This document shows, piece by piece, positions 43,370 to 55,146 of a stretch of DNA of 64,000 nucleotides. The translations under genes were made by a program, and so were the position numbers. Within the stretch, counting starts at the first letter, position 1. Each line of letters begins with the position of its first letter. The notes beneath the pieces were generated by a model. It made no database searches, was not told the origin of the DNA, and was given only the letters and a program-made list of their open reading frames with translations. Source of the stretch: Cyanidioschyzon merolae (Eukaryota); the NCBI GenBank assembly GCA_000091205.1, contig AP006495.2; one strand, 5' to 3'.

Positions 43370-44887
43370 TCAGCTGGTGGAGCGCTCTTCAAAAGAAACG
43401 CTCTTACCGTACCGCGTTCGAAGCAGCTGTTCGTGGTACGCTCTAGCCGACTTCAAAGCTCGGAGATTCTCGTGTTTCTGCTGGTTTCTCCAGCTCGCGT
43501 ATTCGTGGTTCATGTGAATGATGAATCCGTCTCGGAGAACATACATTCGGTAGCCCGCATAATGGAGCTCCTTAATGAAGCTCTGCTTGTTCCAACCGTA
43601 ACCAACGAAGGAATCCTCGTATCGCGGTAGACCATGTCGATAGGCCACGATGTACGGTTCGTAGCCGTCGCGATAGCGCACGCGGTACGGCTTGTGCGGC
43701 TCGTGTTCGGATGTTTCGTTAGCGTCAGCAAGCCAGCGAATGTAATCCGTTGGACCGTGTCCCGGCCAGTACCAGGATACGTGGAAGGGCACAATACGAC
43801 CGGCGCGAGTCTCCGCAACAAGTTCCGCGCGTGTCGCCGGCAACGATGTCTGATGCTCTTCCCGAGCCTGAAGCTTCTCAAAGGCGGGTACAATCAGCAC
43901 GGCCCGACGTTGTTGCATCTCTTCGCGAAGCTCCGGGAATCGTCGAAGCGTCCTCTGAACGCTCTCCACGAGGTTCGGGCTCGGCACAAAATCGACATCC
44001 ACCAGGAACACCCAGTCAGTGCGGGCGTTATCGAGCGCTAGGTTTCGCGCAGCGTTGAACGGGTAGTACGTCGGACGTTCGTAGTCGTCGGCGAGCAGCA
44101 GATGAATATCTACGCGATCAGATCGTCCCTTGGGATACATGTCCAGAACCTGGTGAGATTGGCTGACGTCGGGGAGCACCAGAGCGCAAGATATCGGTGC
44201 TGGCCAGTGCTCAGTGAGCCGGCGCAACTCAGACAACTTGGAGAGGGATGCATGGGTCACAAGCGAAACGTTGATTTCAGTGAGTGCCCGATGTGATCGC
44301 TGGATCTTCTGCGGACCCAGCACATTTTCTAGCTTCAACGTATCCAGAGCCGGTGCACTTGCAGCGACAAAATAGGGAAGCGTGCGCAGCGCCAGCGCTG
44401 TTTGCGACGGCACCGTTCGAGAGGGCGCCTGTCGCGCCTCCGCACACCTCTCATAAAGCGCGTTTTCGAGCTCTTCACATGCGGGAAGTGTCAGCGGTGG
44501 ATCCGTGCCCGCAAGCTGATGCGGGTTATCAATTAAGCGACATAGGTACATGAGGCGAGCAAGCGAGCGCACGCACCGAAAGTATTCTCGTTGTGGACCT
44601 CGTGGCAAGGTATCGCTGTCTCCGAGCCAAACCGCCCGCAAAGCATCACCGTTTGTGGACACCTTTCTCCTAAAAAGAGCATAGTTAAAAGTAGGAACGA
44701 AGCGGACCAAAAAGAACGCGCAGCAGACAAGAGCGATAAGCGCAGCGAGCCCCAGCAGGCGGAGTCGTCGACGCCCCACAGTCCGTCTTGCGCGGCGCTG
44801 CTGATATTCTCTGTCAGGCCACGCTGGCAACCAGCCTTTATGGAGCGCTCTCTCGCTACCATAGTTTTGTACCGTACTGCGAATCAT
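43370..44887 (-). CDS. Type II membrane glycosyltransferase-like protein, possibly of the GT49 (LARGE/B4GAT1-like) family.
   Basis: N-terminal signal-anchor LGLAALIALVCCAFFLV. A DxD-containing WVFLVDVDFVPSPNL. C-terminal GYGWNKQSF...YVLRDGFIIHMNHE. The family assignment is from memory of the GT49 DIDF context and is tentative. Confidence 0.45.
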   Translation of the reverse strand: MIRSTVQNYGSERALHKGWLPAWPDREYQQRRARRTVGRRRLRLLGLAALIALVCCAFFLVRFVPTFNYALFRRKVSTNGDALRAVWLGDSDTLPRGPQREYFRCVRSLARLMYLCRLIDNPHQLAGTDPPLTLPACEELENALYERCAEARQAPSRTVPSQTALALRTLPYFVAASAPALDTLKLENVLGPQKIQRSHRALTEINVSLVTHASLSKLSELRRLTEHWPAPISCALVLPDVSQSHQVLDMYPKGRSDRVDIHLLLADDYERPTYYPFNAARNLALDNARTDWVFLVDVDFVPSPNLVESVQRTLRRFPELREEMQQRRAVLIVPAFEKLQAREEHQTSLPATRAELVAETRAGRIVPFHVSWYWPGHGPTDYIRWLADANETSEHEPHKPYRVRYRDGYEPYIVAYRHGLPRYEDSFVGYGWNKQSFIKELHYAGYRMYVLRDGFIIHMNHEYASWRNQQKHENLRALKSARAYHEQLLRTRYGKSVSFEERSTS

Positions 44888-45229
44888 GGTTTTTTATCCG
44901 CTGCATATTCGTGCTGCTAGCTTTGAAGCGAAATGAGGTCTAAATAGGCGGCTTTCGAAGAGAAAACAGCGACGACTACACGAATGCGGATACAGATACC
45001 CACTTGTACTAATTGTACCAATATTAAGGTCTATTAGATCCCATTTGTAGAGGATGTGATGGGTGCCGCACCCCGCACAGGTCCAGCGGCCGCGTTTTCG
45101 TTGGATACGCTCGCGTGCGCTCGGCCACCGGGGAAGCAACGAAAGCGCGCTCTATGTTCCTTCATGTCAATGGTACTCCATATCCTGGTGCGTCTCATCA
45201 TATGCTTTTTTGCGGTTTATAGAAGATTT

Positions 45230-45761
45230 GTTCGAAATGCATTCATTTGAAGAAACAGAGAGAATCCAAGGAAAATTATAGACTGAAATTCGGGGATCCA
45301 GAAGGGCCCTCATCACCGCGTTATACCAGCGAACGAAAAATCCCCTAGTCGCCGACCATCGAGCGAAGAGGAACAAGTGACGAAGAAGCGGAAGCAAAAG
45401 GGAGATAGTCGCCAAAACGGTGATCTCTCGACCGGACGATGACCAGACTCTAGAGGCACATAGGGAACGAGAACCAGGAATCCATGCAAAGGTGACTTCA
45501 ACAGGAGCGAAGAAACGCAAAGAGTTCGTGAGCCGCGACGGAAACGCTGCTATCAATAGCAGACGATTTGCGGCGCTGAACGCGAGAGCCGACGAGCTGA
45601 TGCGATCCAAAATTGCGAGGCAGCGTCTCAGGATCCATGTGTGCCTGGATAACACTGACCCCGATACCAGGATGCGGGTGGAAACACACTGGGAGGCGTC
45701 TGCGCGCGGGTACTCATTTTGCCTCCATTGTCATAGAACGTTTATCGTTTTCCTGACCATA
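45230..45761 (+). mobile_element. Family I element, copy D. A 3' fragment followed by TA.
   Basis: ...KKRKEFVSRDGNAAINSRRF (45531..45560). Terminal block GTCTGCGCGCGGGTACTCATTTTGCCTCCATTGTCATAGAACGTTTATCGTTTTCCTGACCATA, then TA at 45762..45763. Confidence 0.55.
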
Positions 45762-47916
45762 TATGGGCAATCACGAATGGGCAAACCGCTGTTCTCGAAG
45801 AAGCGACAGGTGAGCAAGACCGCTGCATTAGCCAGTACGGCTATTTGCACGGGTGATCGCCTACAAATCGCCAAACATACCGGAGCGCTTCGCATCGCAG
45901 GCAACGTAAAAGCAATGTGTGGCTTCTGTTTGCGACATTCTTCTATTCTGCTCTATGACGACGTCGATTTCCATCACGAATGAGCTGTCAAGGAGTACGT
46001 GACAAAAACTGCTCTCGAGCTGCTCCTGGTGAGACCCTTTTTTTCCGATTCAAGCCAGTCGAAGGCGACATCTCTGTTGCCAAACACCGTTTTTGAAGCT
46101 CACGGATCCATCGACGAGTCGTCCGCATCCATGACACTGTCATCCGACGAATTGCTCTTCGGAAAGTCATTCTCTTCCTGAACCATTCCTGAGCTGGTGT
46201 CTCTCAGCTATGCTTGTTTGCGGGAGGGAGCGAAAATGCGCGCCTCGGTCCGTGAACATCGCCCTTGGGAGCCGCTAAAGAGATTGATGCTCAGGAATCG
46301 TGGAGATATATGTAGGAGAAACAGAGTTCTGGAACAAGTTCCACTCAGTGCGTCGAAGGAGATGCTTTAAACGCTCCAGACAGCACATGAGACTCTGTTC
46401 GATTCGCTTGCAGTTTCGGTTGTATGGAGGCAAGAGTCAGGCATTCGCCAACTTGTGCGATAACTTGCAAAAAAGCAAATGGTCGATATCTCGAGTTGTC
46501 ATGCTGTAGTCAATGGCACTGGACGTGCAGTAACGCGCGAGCGCTGCACTCCGATTCCTTTGACGACAGCGTACATGGAGTGCAGGAATCGGCGCTTTCA
46601 GATTTCCTTCCATGAGTTCAGGACGACACCATTGCATCACGGGCGCGGGTGCATGTTGAATCAGGTACAGATGGAGAGCGTGAAACGGATCCGAATGCAC
46701 GAGATGGTGCTCACTAAGCTGAGCGGACGCCAGCTGACGGGGCGATCCCAGGTCCAAGGCTTGCTGTGAGGTGACGCTACCAGCAAACCTGCACACAAGC
46801 ACGTTCTACACCGAGACCCAAAACGCCTCGACCATCATCCGGGGATATCTTTTGCGTCCGAAGCATCCAGCGGCCATATGTCGAGCAAGCCTTCGAGGGT
46901 ATCGTTTGGTGATCAGTGTGGGCATTTTGCTGAAACGCGGAAGGCATGCGATGAAGAAAATCAGTAACCAGGAGAGAGGGGAATGGATTCTTTCGGGAGC
47001 GAGGCACTGGTATTGGACGGTCAGCGATCGAGCACGATTGATCACTATATACATCCGCAACGATTTTCCTTGGCAACTAGTGAACATTAGCAATGTTCAA
47101 TTACTCGATATCACCGTGCATATGCTCGACGCGAACGGCCGTACGATCGCCCCAGACTGCACTGTTACCGTACGACGTTCGTGGTAGCGTCTCCCGCGCT
47201 TTCGCAAGCGATCAGATTTCGCGAGACACCTACCGGGAAGCCTGATCCAGCCTCTACATCATGCCTGGATTCTGGACTGGGGATGGAGGAACGAGGACGC
47301 ATCACCATGTGCGGGGCGCTCCATACTCAACAAACTGGAAGCTTTTGCGCATCCGTCGGAATCTGGTCCGATGCACTGATCCAGTACACACTAAAATAAA
47401 GCAGTGACGATGGAGGGCGGTGCCTTTGACACCGTAAAGCTCGCTTGACAGCGACCGCATGGACAAGAGGGTGAAGTGCGCGGTTCCGCGGCGCGCTCGC
47501 CACGGGAAATGGCGCCCCAAGTGAAAAAGCGGTCAGAACACGTGCTCATACAAGGTCGAATGCGTTGGTTGCTCCCTCGGTTACCGACCAAAACCGCTTA
47601 CCACGATGGCACTTTGCATATCGATGATGTTTATCCAACGTTAGTGACAATGACGCAGTGCAGCGAATCATCTAGAGAATATATCTCTGGTTCCAGTGCA
47701 GACACGCCATCATGAATGCATTCAGTGATGCCCGTCACAATGCGCTTCGCTGGGAACACGCTATCCCCATTCGATGAAGCGCGGTACGGCAGGCCACGTA
47801 GACCTTGAAAACCCTTGCATTTGCTTGGCGCTGCAACACGAATCCGTTCAGGCATCGGAAAAGTGAACCGCTGCAATTCGGCATAGCATGCAGACCTTGA
47901 ACGCTGTCACGAGACG

Positions 47917-49044
47917 TTAGTTCTCTTCACTTGGAACCCCTGAAGCATCGGCTTCGCGAATTTTCTGCTCCAGCGCAGTGACCGTCTCGTCGATCTCACG
48001 AATGACCCTTCCCGAGTGGATGAATACGGCGCTGCGAAGCGCCTCAGACGAAGCGGTCGTCCAGATGCTCTTAGAGGCGCGTCTCATGTGCCAGAGGCTA
48101 CCCACGTGGATGAAGCGACAGGAAACGCCGAATAGAGACATGGACTCCGGTGTTTGTAGCCTGCACGAGTGGATATACGAATCCCATGGAAACCCGCAAG
48201 ACTCCTCTAACGTGGGGATGCACCAAAAATGTTTGAAGCACTGTAAAAAGAAACGCTGTGCGTCGAATCCGACACGATACAAGGCTGGTGATCCGTTTCG
48301 CCAGCTGCCGCGGGATTTGTCTTCGGTCAGCGAGCAGCCGCTCTGAACAGCGAGCAGTTGCTCTCGGGCCAGGTTACGAGCTTCGATTTCAACCTCAGAG
48401 AGCCAGTTGTTTTGGATAGGCACTGCATCCAGCTCCATCAGAAAGATCGCATGGTAATTGTTCCAGATTTGGTTGTGACCGATACTGCAGACAAATGTCA
48501 ACAGCGGCCCGTTAAATCTGCTGGAAATCGTACCAGATTTGGTCATGTTGTACACATCGTGCTCTGGTTTGAGGCCGCAGTCAAGAAAGCGTATCGACCG
48601 GAAGCAGTTCCGACAATAAGCGTTTCTTTCAAATTCATTGACTATTCGTGTACGATCCGTAACGTTCAATGCCCGACTCGTGAGCACAACCAAGTCCGGT
48701 CGGTCTTCCAGGTTTGCTTTGCCGCTGCGTTCCGAGTCCTTTGAGAACAAGCAAGGCGCAGCACCACTCGCGCCTGTGTTCGGTCGCCAATAGCGAAAGT
48801 TGGCCCGCAACGTGACCAGGTCAGCGGAACTGCCCAACGGTACCACAACTGCAAAGAGGCGACTGACCGGCAACCGTTCAGGCGGCTCCTCAACAATGTC
48901 AGTTCCAAGCGGCCTTCTCAGCAGCCATAGCGCAGGGAGCGCTGCACACGTAAACGCAGCAACCAAATACACCGTAAGTAGCAGCTGAGGTTTAAAGCCT
49001 GAGTAGCTGCTGGTCTTGCTTCGCATTGTACGTTTTCGCTTCAA
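47917..49044 (-). CDS. Hypothetical type II (signal-anchor) membrane protein with a Cys-rich luminal domain.
   Basis: 375-codon ORF. N-terminal basic stretch then hydrophobic helix LLLTVYLVAAFTCAALPALWLL. No assignable family. Confidence 0.35.
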   Translation of the reverse strand: MKRKRTMRSKTSSYSGFKPQLLLTVYLVAAFTCAALPALWLLRRPLGTDIVEEPPERLPVSRLFAVVVPLGSSADLVTLRANFRYWRPNTGASGAAPCLFSKDSERSGKANLEDRPDLVVLTSRALNVTDRTRIVNEFERNAYCRNCFRSIRFLDCGLKPEHDVYNMTKSGTISSRFNGPLLTFVCSIGHNQIWNNYHAIFLMELDAVPIQNNWLSEVEIEARNLAREQLLAVQSGCSLTEDKSRGSWRNGSPALYRVGFDAQRFFLQCFKHFWCIPTLEESCGFPWDSYIHSCRLQTPESMSLFGVSCRFIHVGSLWHMRRASKSIWTTASSEALRSAVFIHSGRVIREIDETVTALEQKIREADASGVPSEEN

Positions 49045-49419
49045 CTAGGCAAAGAAGCGCTTTTTCTTGTCCCCAGCGCCACCTGCTCTGCGCTCGGGAG
49101 CTTCTGGAGACTATGAATGAAAAGCACGCACAGCACGCTCCTCGGCTCGCAGCGGTTTACCTGAATATTTGGCGTAGCTGTAGTGTGAGCACGTTTTACA
49201 CGCAAAAAAACCTCAGGAAAAGCGAACGTGATAAGTTGTCACGTTACATGGAAATCCGTGTTTCCGTTGATAGACTGCTTTGGGTAGCTTTATGTCATGG
49301 GGATCTGTTTGTGATGCGGCGACGACGACGACGACGACGCGCGCGGCATCTCGTACGGATACACGCTTGCAGTATTTCATCTCAATTGGGTTCCATCATC
49401 ACGCACGTGTCGTCAAATG

Positions 49420-49979
49420 CTATTTCGCGGTTTATTGCAGAGACATTCAAAGCGCGTTCCGTGGAAGGAATAAAACATCCCAGGGGAATGCACGGACCAA
49501 GTCGGGGACCCCGAAGGATCGTCCTCGCCAGGTGCCAGAAAAAACGAAAAATATCCTCTTGTCATCGAGTTTAGAGCGAAGAAGAGCAAGTGACAAAGAA
49601 GAAAAAGATGATGATTCGTGTTGGTAGGCGATTCAACGTGTACGCACGACGGAACGATGACGAGACTATGGTGGCACAGAGGGAACGAGTGCTAGGAATC
49701 CTTACAAGGATGACTTCAAGCATCCTCAATGCACGCAGTGAGCTCGTGAACCGCGACTTGAACACTGCTATCAATACCAGACGATTTTCGGTGCTGAACA
49801 CGAAACCCCAAGAGCTGACGCGAGCCAACTTCGTGGAGCAGCCTCTGATACTCAAAATGTGTAAGGAGAAGCTGGAGCCGATAGCAGGCGGCCGGTCAAA
49901 AAATGGTTGGGTGACGTCTGCGGGTGGGTATTCATATACCCTACATGATCGTGCGAAAACTTTTGTTTCAGTGACCACA
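49420..49979 (+). mobile_element. Family I element, copy E. A 3' fragment followed by TA. Its right end lies 50 bp upstream of the next gene's ATG.
   Basis: ...SELVNRDLNTAINTRRF (49749..49778). Conserved terminal block GTCTGCGGGTGGGTATTCATATACCCTACATGATCGTGCGAAAACTTTTGTTTCAGTGACCACA, then TA at 49980..49981. Confidence 0.6.
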
Positions 49980-50028
49980 TAGTGCATGTGAATAAATCTG
50001 TTCTGATGTATAGCTCTTCGGGATCCGC

Positions 50029-50952
50029 TTGTCGCGCTTGCTCGAGCGAGATTTCGCGCTTGCGAACGACACCAATGCTACCTGCCTGGCCGTGCTCGGT
50101 TTCATGAGCTCAACGAAAGACCAGAACAGCGTGGGTGAGTTAGAAGACTTGGCCTTATGGGCAGTGGAAGCTCTTACGGTGGCGCTTGTCCCTCCTGACG
50201 ACACGCTATGCTGTCTCGATTCGCGAGCGTTCGGGCTCCTCGGTACGCCTGGAGAAACTGGTTTTCAACACGCGAGCATCATCGAGCAGTTCCGAGACGA
50301 CCTCTCCCGAAATAATAGACCGCACTTGGTCACGAGTGATGCCGGCGTTGAAAACCTCGCTGAACGCAGAGTCGATGGCTGTGTCACTTTCGGCGCCTTA
50401 GACAGCGCTTTCGCCGACGAGGCCTCCTGCGAGTCCGTGCTACGAACAGTCGCCCGCCTGCTGTGCTCAGGTGGAAAGTTCTTTGGTCTCTGTGTGGACA
50501 GCGCAAGCCTATGGACACCACTGCGGAAAGCTTACGAGGCACGACAGACTGGGCGGGCTGCTCCTGCACCCAGCGTCGATATTCGGCTACCGTACCGGGC
50601 AAGCGACGCGAGCTTCTGTATCGCCATGGATCCGGATGCGAATGCACTCTTTCGCTCCGCATACGGACACGTGTTTACGCTGGGCGTGGGCACAAGAACA
50701 AAAGCCTCGTCTCGAAAGTGCTATCTTGTGAACTTTGGAGAACTGATTCGAGTCGCATCACGCGTAGGTCTCGAGTACCGCGAGGCCTTGAACTTGAAGG
50801 ATTTTTGGGAAGAATTTCATCGCCCATTACAGTATTGTGAGGAGATGCGTAGCTTTTACCGACGCTTCCAAGGTCAAAAATTTCGACCAAGTCCAGCGGC
50901 GCTCGAGGGCGCTGCGTATTTCTCCGTATTTGTCTTTGAAGCAGTGTCCTGA
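50029..50952 (+). CDS. Hypothetical protein with weak resemblance to the C-terminal half of SAM-dependent mRNA cap (guanine-N7) methyltransferases.
   Basis: 307-codon ORF. ...CSGGKFFGLCVDSASLWTPLRKAYE resembles the GGYFIGTTPDS region of cap MTases. No clear SAM-binding motif I is seen. Tentative. Confidence 0.3.
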   Translation: MSRLLERDFALANDTNATCLAVLGFMSSTKDQNSVGELEDLALWAVEALTVALVPPDDTLCCLDSRAFGLLGTPGETGFQHASIIEQFRDDLSRNNRPHLVTSDAGVENLAERRVDGCVTFGALDSAFADEASCESVLRTVARLLCSGGKFFGLCVDSASLWTPLRKAYEARQTGRAAPAPSVDIRLPYRASDASFCIAMDPDANALFRSAYGHVFTLGVGTRTKASSRKCYLVNFGELIRVASRVGLEYREALNLKDFWEEFHRPLQYCEEMRSFYRRFQGQKFRPSPAALEGAAYFSVFVFEAVS

Positions 50953-52676
50953 GCACATGCATTCCAACCTTTTAACAAATATCGTTTCTGACTAAACGCC
51001 CAATACTGAAAGCTGTAAGCATAAAGGGCCTCTGCCGTCAGAAATCATTGCTCTACCGAATGCATTAGCAGTTCGCTGCCAAGAAGCAACGATGCAGCAA
51101 ACCGACTCTAGAGCGCATCGGCGAGATGGAATCGCGCGGGCAGCGGCATCCGTTGCTCTGACTCTCCCATGTCGCATGTAGTGTTCCTTCTGCTGCTCTC
51201 AGAGCGGCAACAAGTGCTCTTCCATAAACGTGCCCTCATGGTCCACAAGCATGCGTTGACTTGCATCCAGGGTGCATTCAAGGCTTCTCTGAGAGCAGCG
51301 TTCGCACGAGCGATCGCGCGTCCCAGATACCGCTCCAAGCATGTACGAATCTGACTGCAGCTCAGTACTTCAACGTTTCGACCCGGAACGCTAAGGCTTC
51401 GACAACGCATCCACGTCCATCATTAGAGCTCCAGCAACATACTCGATCCGTTATGTACCAGATATGTGCGTCAGTGTTCATCTGGTCTACTGGTATCGCG
51501 GCTCAAAATCAGAGTCGCAAAACACCGCACACTTGCACGCTGCACGCACGCTACTTGCTCAATCCAAGCTCTACTTTATTCGCTGAGCCAGGATTTATGA
51601 GAGCAGCGAAACAGAAAATCGGGTCTTTGAAGGCATTGTTTCTCCAGTGATCACAAGGTCCAACAGCTTGTTCAAAACAGGGGCGGCGCTGGGCTCCAGG
51701 CCCAACGACGGTGCGCCGTCAACGCAACGCGGCCGTTCTGTGAGACGTCGTCGGGACGCCTTTGCGAGCTGCTTTCGAGGTGCAACGAACATCGCGCAAC
51801 GCTTAATTGCTACGCAGACTAGAGCTCGTGCGCAGCTGTTCCAGGTGCGCCTGTGAGCGTCGTGTCAGTACCTGCCACGGCAGCTGGTGCTCTGCCCAGC
51901 GTCATGCGAACAGCGCCAACGCGGCAGCAGAGCACTTGAGTACCCCGAAGACGGGTGCCAGCTGGTCTAACTTGGCGCACTACGCAATTGACACTGCAAG
52001 TTATCGATAAATCTTCAAGTGCAGGAAAGGCACCTGAGCGCTGGAGTCCATAGGTACCGAGCTTCCGAGAAACGACAACCAGTTGACGATAAGAGTCAAG
52101 TCAAAGCATTCAGCGCTCTGTACGCGTCTTTCCTCGCAGGCAACTGCAGTTTACAAACAGCTTCGATCCCCGCGCGTACGTCTCTACCAAAGGTTGCGCT
52201 ATGGTCTCCCAAGTCACTACGACTGCCTCGCAGACGAACGCTTGCTCTCGGGGGACCTGGTGCGGCTCCTCGCGCACCGCTTCCTATCTCGCAGTGCCAC
52301 GGGTCCCAGCGCTTAGTGACGCACCCAGTTCATAAAAAGTCGAAGCAGAGAAAAATTCGTCTCTCCGATCGAAAAGACATCAGCCGGGCTATATTTGGAA
52401 CGTGCAGCGGCTCCCGGTTTGCCACCCAGGGAAGCACACTCCCAGTCTACAGCTCTGAGCATGGCAAGTCGAAGTCCGCGGCCGAGGCACGCAATAGGTC
52501 TCGCGCCGTCCATCAGTCCTTTTTGTGTAATAATAAAACTAAATAATCTATTTGATACCGTTTCCCTTGTGACAACGACCACGAGAGGCAAAACCTGGAC
52601 CTCCGCATCAGCCGAGACCATCCACCGTCACCACTGAAGGCCACCTATTGGTGTTCCCAAACGTCGGGAACACTTC

Positions 52677-54035
52677 ATGGAAGCCGAACAAGACTCGAGA
52701 CTGAAGGATGCGCTTGGCAACCTCCACAGAGCAGGGAAAATAGCTCACGTTGATCCCGAAGTCCTCAAGGTGCTCTCGAGTCCAAAGGAAAGCCTCATTA
52801 CCGCAGTGCCGGTGCGTATGGACTCGGGGAAGCTCGAAGTATTTCGCGGGTACCGCGTCCGTTGGAACGATGCACGAGGTCCGACTAAGGGAGGCATTCG
52901 TTTCCATCCGTCCGTTTGTCTCGATGAAGTGAGCGCGCTGGCCTTTTGGATGACCTTTAAGTGTGCGGTTGCAGATATCCCGTTTGGTGGTGCCAAAGGC
53001 GGCGTGGCCTGTAACCCCCGTCAGCTCTCTCCGAGCGAACTGGAGCGCCTCAGCCGCTCATATGGGCGTAGTATTAGTCTGGTAATTGGCCCCGATCGGG
53101 ATATCCCTGCACCGGATGTCTACACGAACACACGCATCATGGGATGGATCATGGAAGAGTACGAACATACGCATGGCGGAATCCGACAGCCAGCCGTGAT
53201 AACCGGCAAGGCGGTTGCCCAGGGTGGGTCTCCAGGACGCGACGATGCCACCGCTCGTGGTGCCTACTACCTCATCAAGGAGATGGAAACGAGCACACAT
53301 CGTGAGCTGCTCTCAGGCGCTAACGGGCCGATAACGGTAGCGATCCACGGTTTCGGGAACGCTGGCCAGCACATCGCTCGCTTGCTAGCCCACGATCGCA
53401 AGTACCGCGTGGTCGCAGTGTGCGATAGTCGGACGGGCGTCTTCTGTCGTGAGGGCGTCGACGTCGATCGTTGTGTTGAGGTGAAAGCCGAGACCGGTGC
53501 ACTGGACGCCGAGCGCGTTGGACACGGAGCCACTAGCCTGGAACCCACGGCATTGCTGCTGCTTTCTGTGGACCTCCTGGTACCGGCGGCAATAGAGAAC
53601 GTGATTCATTCAGAAAATGTTGGCCAGATTAAAGCGCGGTTGATCGTTGAACTTGCCAATGGTCCGGTGTCTCCGGAGGCGGACAGAGCTCTCGCCTCGC
53701 GGAACGTGGACGTGATCCCGGATATCCTTGCGAACTCGGGCGGTGTGATTGTTTCCTACTATGAGTGGGTCCAGAGCCGCACCGGCCAATGGTGGAGCGC
53801 TGAACAGGTCCACGAGCGTTTACAGGCCAAAATGGTCCATGCGTACCGGGCTTTGTTCGAACTGCTTCAAAGGATTCGCGCATCGCCGACGGGGACTGCA
53901 TCGGCGGAGACTGACGGGGCACTGGGCGCGCTCACGTTCCGCGATGCGGCCTACGTACTCAGTCTACAACGCATTGCGGCTGCGATTCAGGCAACAGGGG
54001 GTAGTGCCTTTTTCGAAAAACGCAGCCATATGTGA
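52677..54035 (+). CDS. Glutamate dehydrogenase (Glu/Leu/Phe/Val dehydrogenase family, bacterial-size about 450 aa).
   Basis: Catalytic Lys motif ADIPFGGAKGGVACNP. Rossmann GFGNAGQH. Collinear with NAD(P)-GDH. Confidence 0.85.
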   Translation: MEAEQDSRLKDALGNLHRAGKIAHVDPEVLKVLSSPKESLITAVPVRMDSGKLEVFRGYRVRWNDARGPTKGGIRFHPSVCLDEVSALAFWMTFKCAVADIPFGGAKGGVACNPRQLSPSELERLSRSYGRSISLVIGPDRDIPAPDVYTNTRIMGWIMEEYEHTHGGIRQPAVITGKAVAQGGSPGRDDATARGAYYLIKEMETSTHRELLSGANGPITVAIHGFGNAGQHIARLLAHDRKYRVVAVCDSRTGVFCREGVDVDRCVEVKAETGALDAERVGHGATSLEPTALLLLSVDLLVPAAIENVIHSENVGQIKARLIVELANGPVSPEADRALASRNVDVIPDILANSGGVIVSYYEWVQSRTGQWWSAEQVHERLQAKMVHAYRALFELLQRIRASPTGTASAETDGALGALTFRDAAYVLSLQRIAAAIQATGGSAFFEKRSHM

Positions 54036-54876
54036 GCGTCGTTCAGAGGATCCGTTGGACAGGTTCCTACGGGACCTCTGCGAGTCGTAAATCCGTAGCT
54101 ATGGTATCGATTTGCAGCTTCGCAGATATCGAGATTTGGGTGCCCTGTCATCGGTTGCGCAGCAACGCTCCGCCCATGACGAGAGCGCCACCGACGAGGA
54201 CCAGTGTGGACGTTGGAAAGTCTCTGCGGACGATGGCGGCGCATGTCGTTGTCCAGCAGCGTACTCTGCGGCGATGCGCACCGCACACTCCGTAAACGAT
54301 CCGCTCGCGCAGATGAACACATCATCTCGCCTGGATGCAATTTGCGAATATCGAGGACTATCCGTGGACATCAAAACCCACCTCAGCTCACTGGCGTACA
54401 ACATCAAGGGTTTACGCAAGCCGTACCATGAATCAAATCCACGCAGAGGCGACGGCACCAGCGCGCGCCCCTGTTTCAACACGATGTCTGACGCAGCGTC
54501 GCCAATGAGTCGATGCAACAGCCTCCATCCAGCGTCAACAGCCAACAGGCATGGAAGATGATCCATGATGGACAGAGGATGCGAAGCAGGTGCAGTCGCC
54601 CGGTTCGTGCCGAGCAGTCTTTAGGGGTATTGCAGCGGTTGCGCCAGCATCGCTCACAAAAAACGAAAGTCAGGGTGCAGCTGATGGCGGCACAGGTTAC
54701 GGCTGGTTTGGCGGCGCGAACTTATTGTATCCCGCTGCATAGATCAGAAGCGCATCAAAGCTTGCTCCTCATCAGGCAAAGCGCGCGCCATCTCGTATTC
54801 GACCAAGTCGACTTGTGCAGAGAGCGAGTACAGCGGCGGGTCGCCGACTGGCCACCCGCCGCTCCTGTTCAGGCGC

Positions 54877-55146
54877 TCACTTGGCTCCCGCTTCTGAAGT
54901 TGTCGCTACTGCTTGCTCCGCTTGCCCCTCCTCCTCAGGTTGCACGCCGATTTGTTCCATTAGGTCAGTGATGCTCTTTTCCAGTTCATCAATGCGGCTC
55001 GACATGTCTTCGATTCGCGATAAGATCGTGGAACTCATGCTCTCAAACCGTGACTGCATCTGTTCCAAGAGCTTTTGGACGTACTCAGTGAGATCCTCAA
55101 CCGGCTCCTGCAACTCTGACGTATTTGTCTTGTTTTCTGTTGCCAT
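54877..55146 (-). CDS. Heat shock factor-binding protein 1 (HSBP1).
   Basis: MATENKTNTSELQEPVEDLTEYVQKLLEQMQSRFESMSSTILSRIEDMSSRIDELEKSITDLMEQIGV matches the HSBP1 heptad coiled-coil (..[38 protein letters not shown]..). Start taken at the Met at 55146. Confidence 0.8.
   Translation of the reverse strand: MATENKTNTSELQEPVEDLTEYVQKLLEQMQSRFESMSSTILSRIEDMSSRIDELEKSITDLMEQIGVQPEEEGQAEQAVATTSEAGAK

Noticed and set aside
49318-49340. (GAC/CGA)n trinucleotide run encoding poly-Arg in ORF 49026..49574
   Set aside because: The host ORF has no support. It is an artefact of the microsatellite and lies in the intergenic promoter region next to copy E. It is noted only as a simple repeat.
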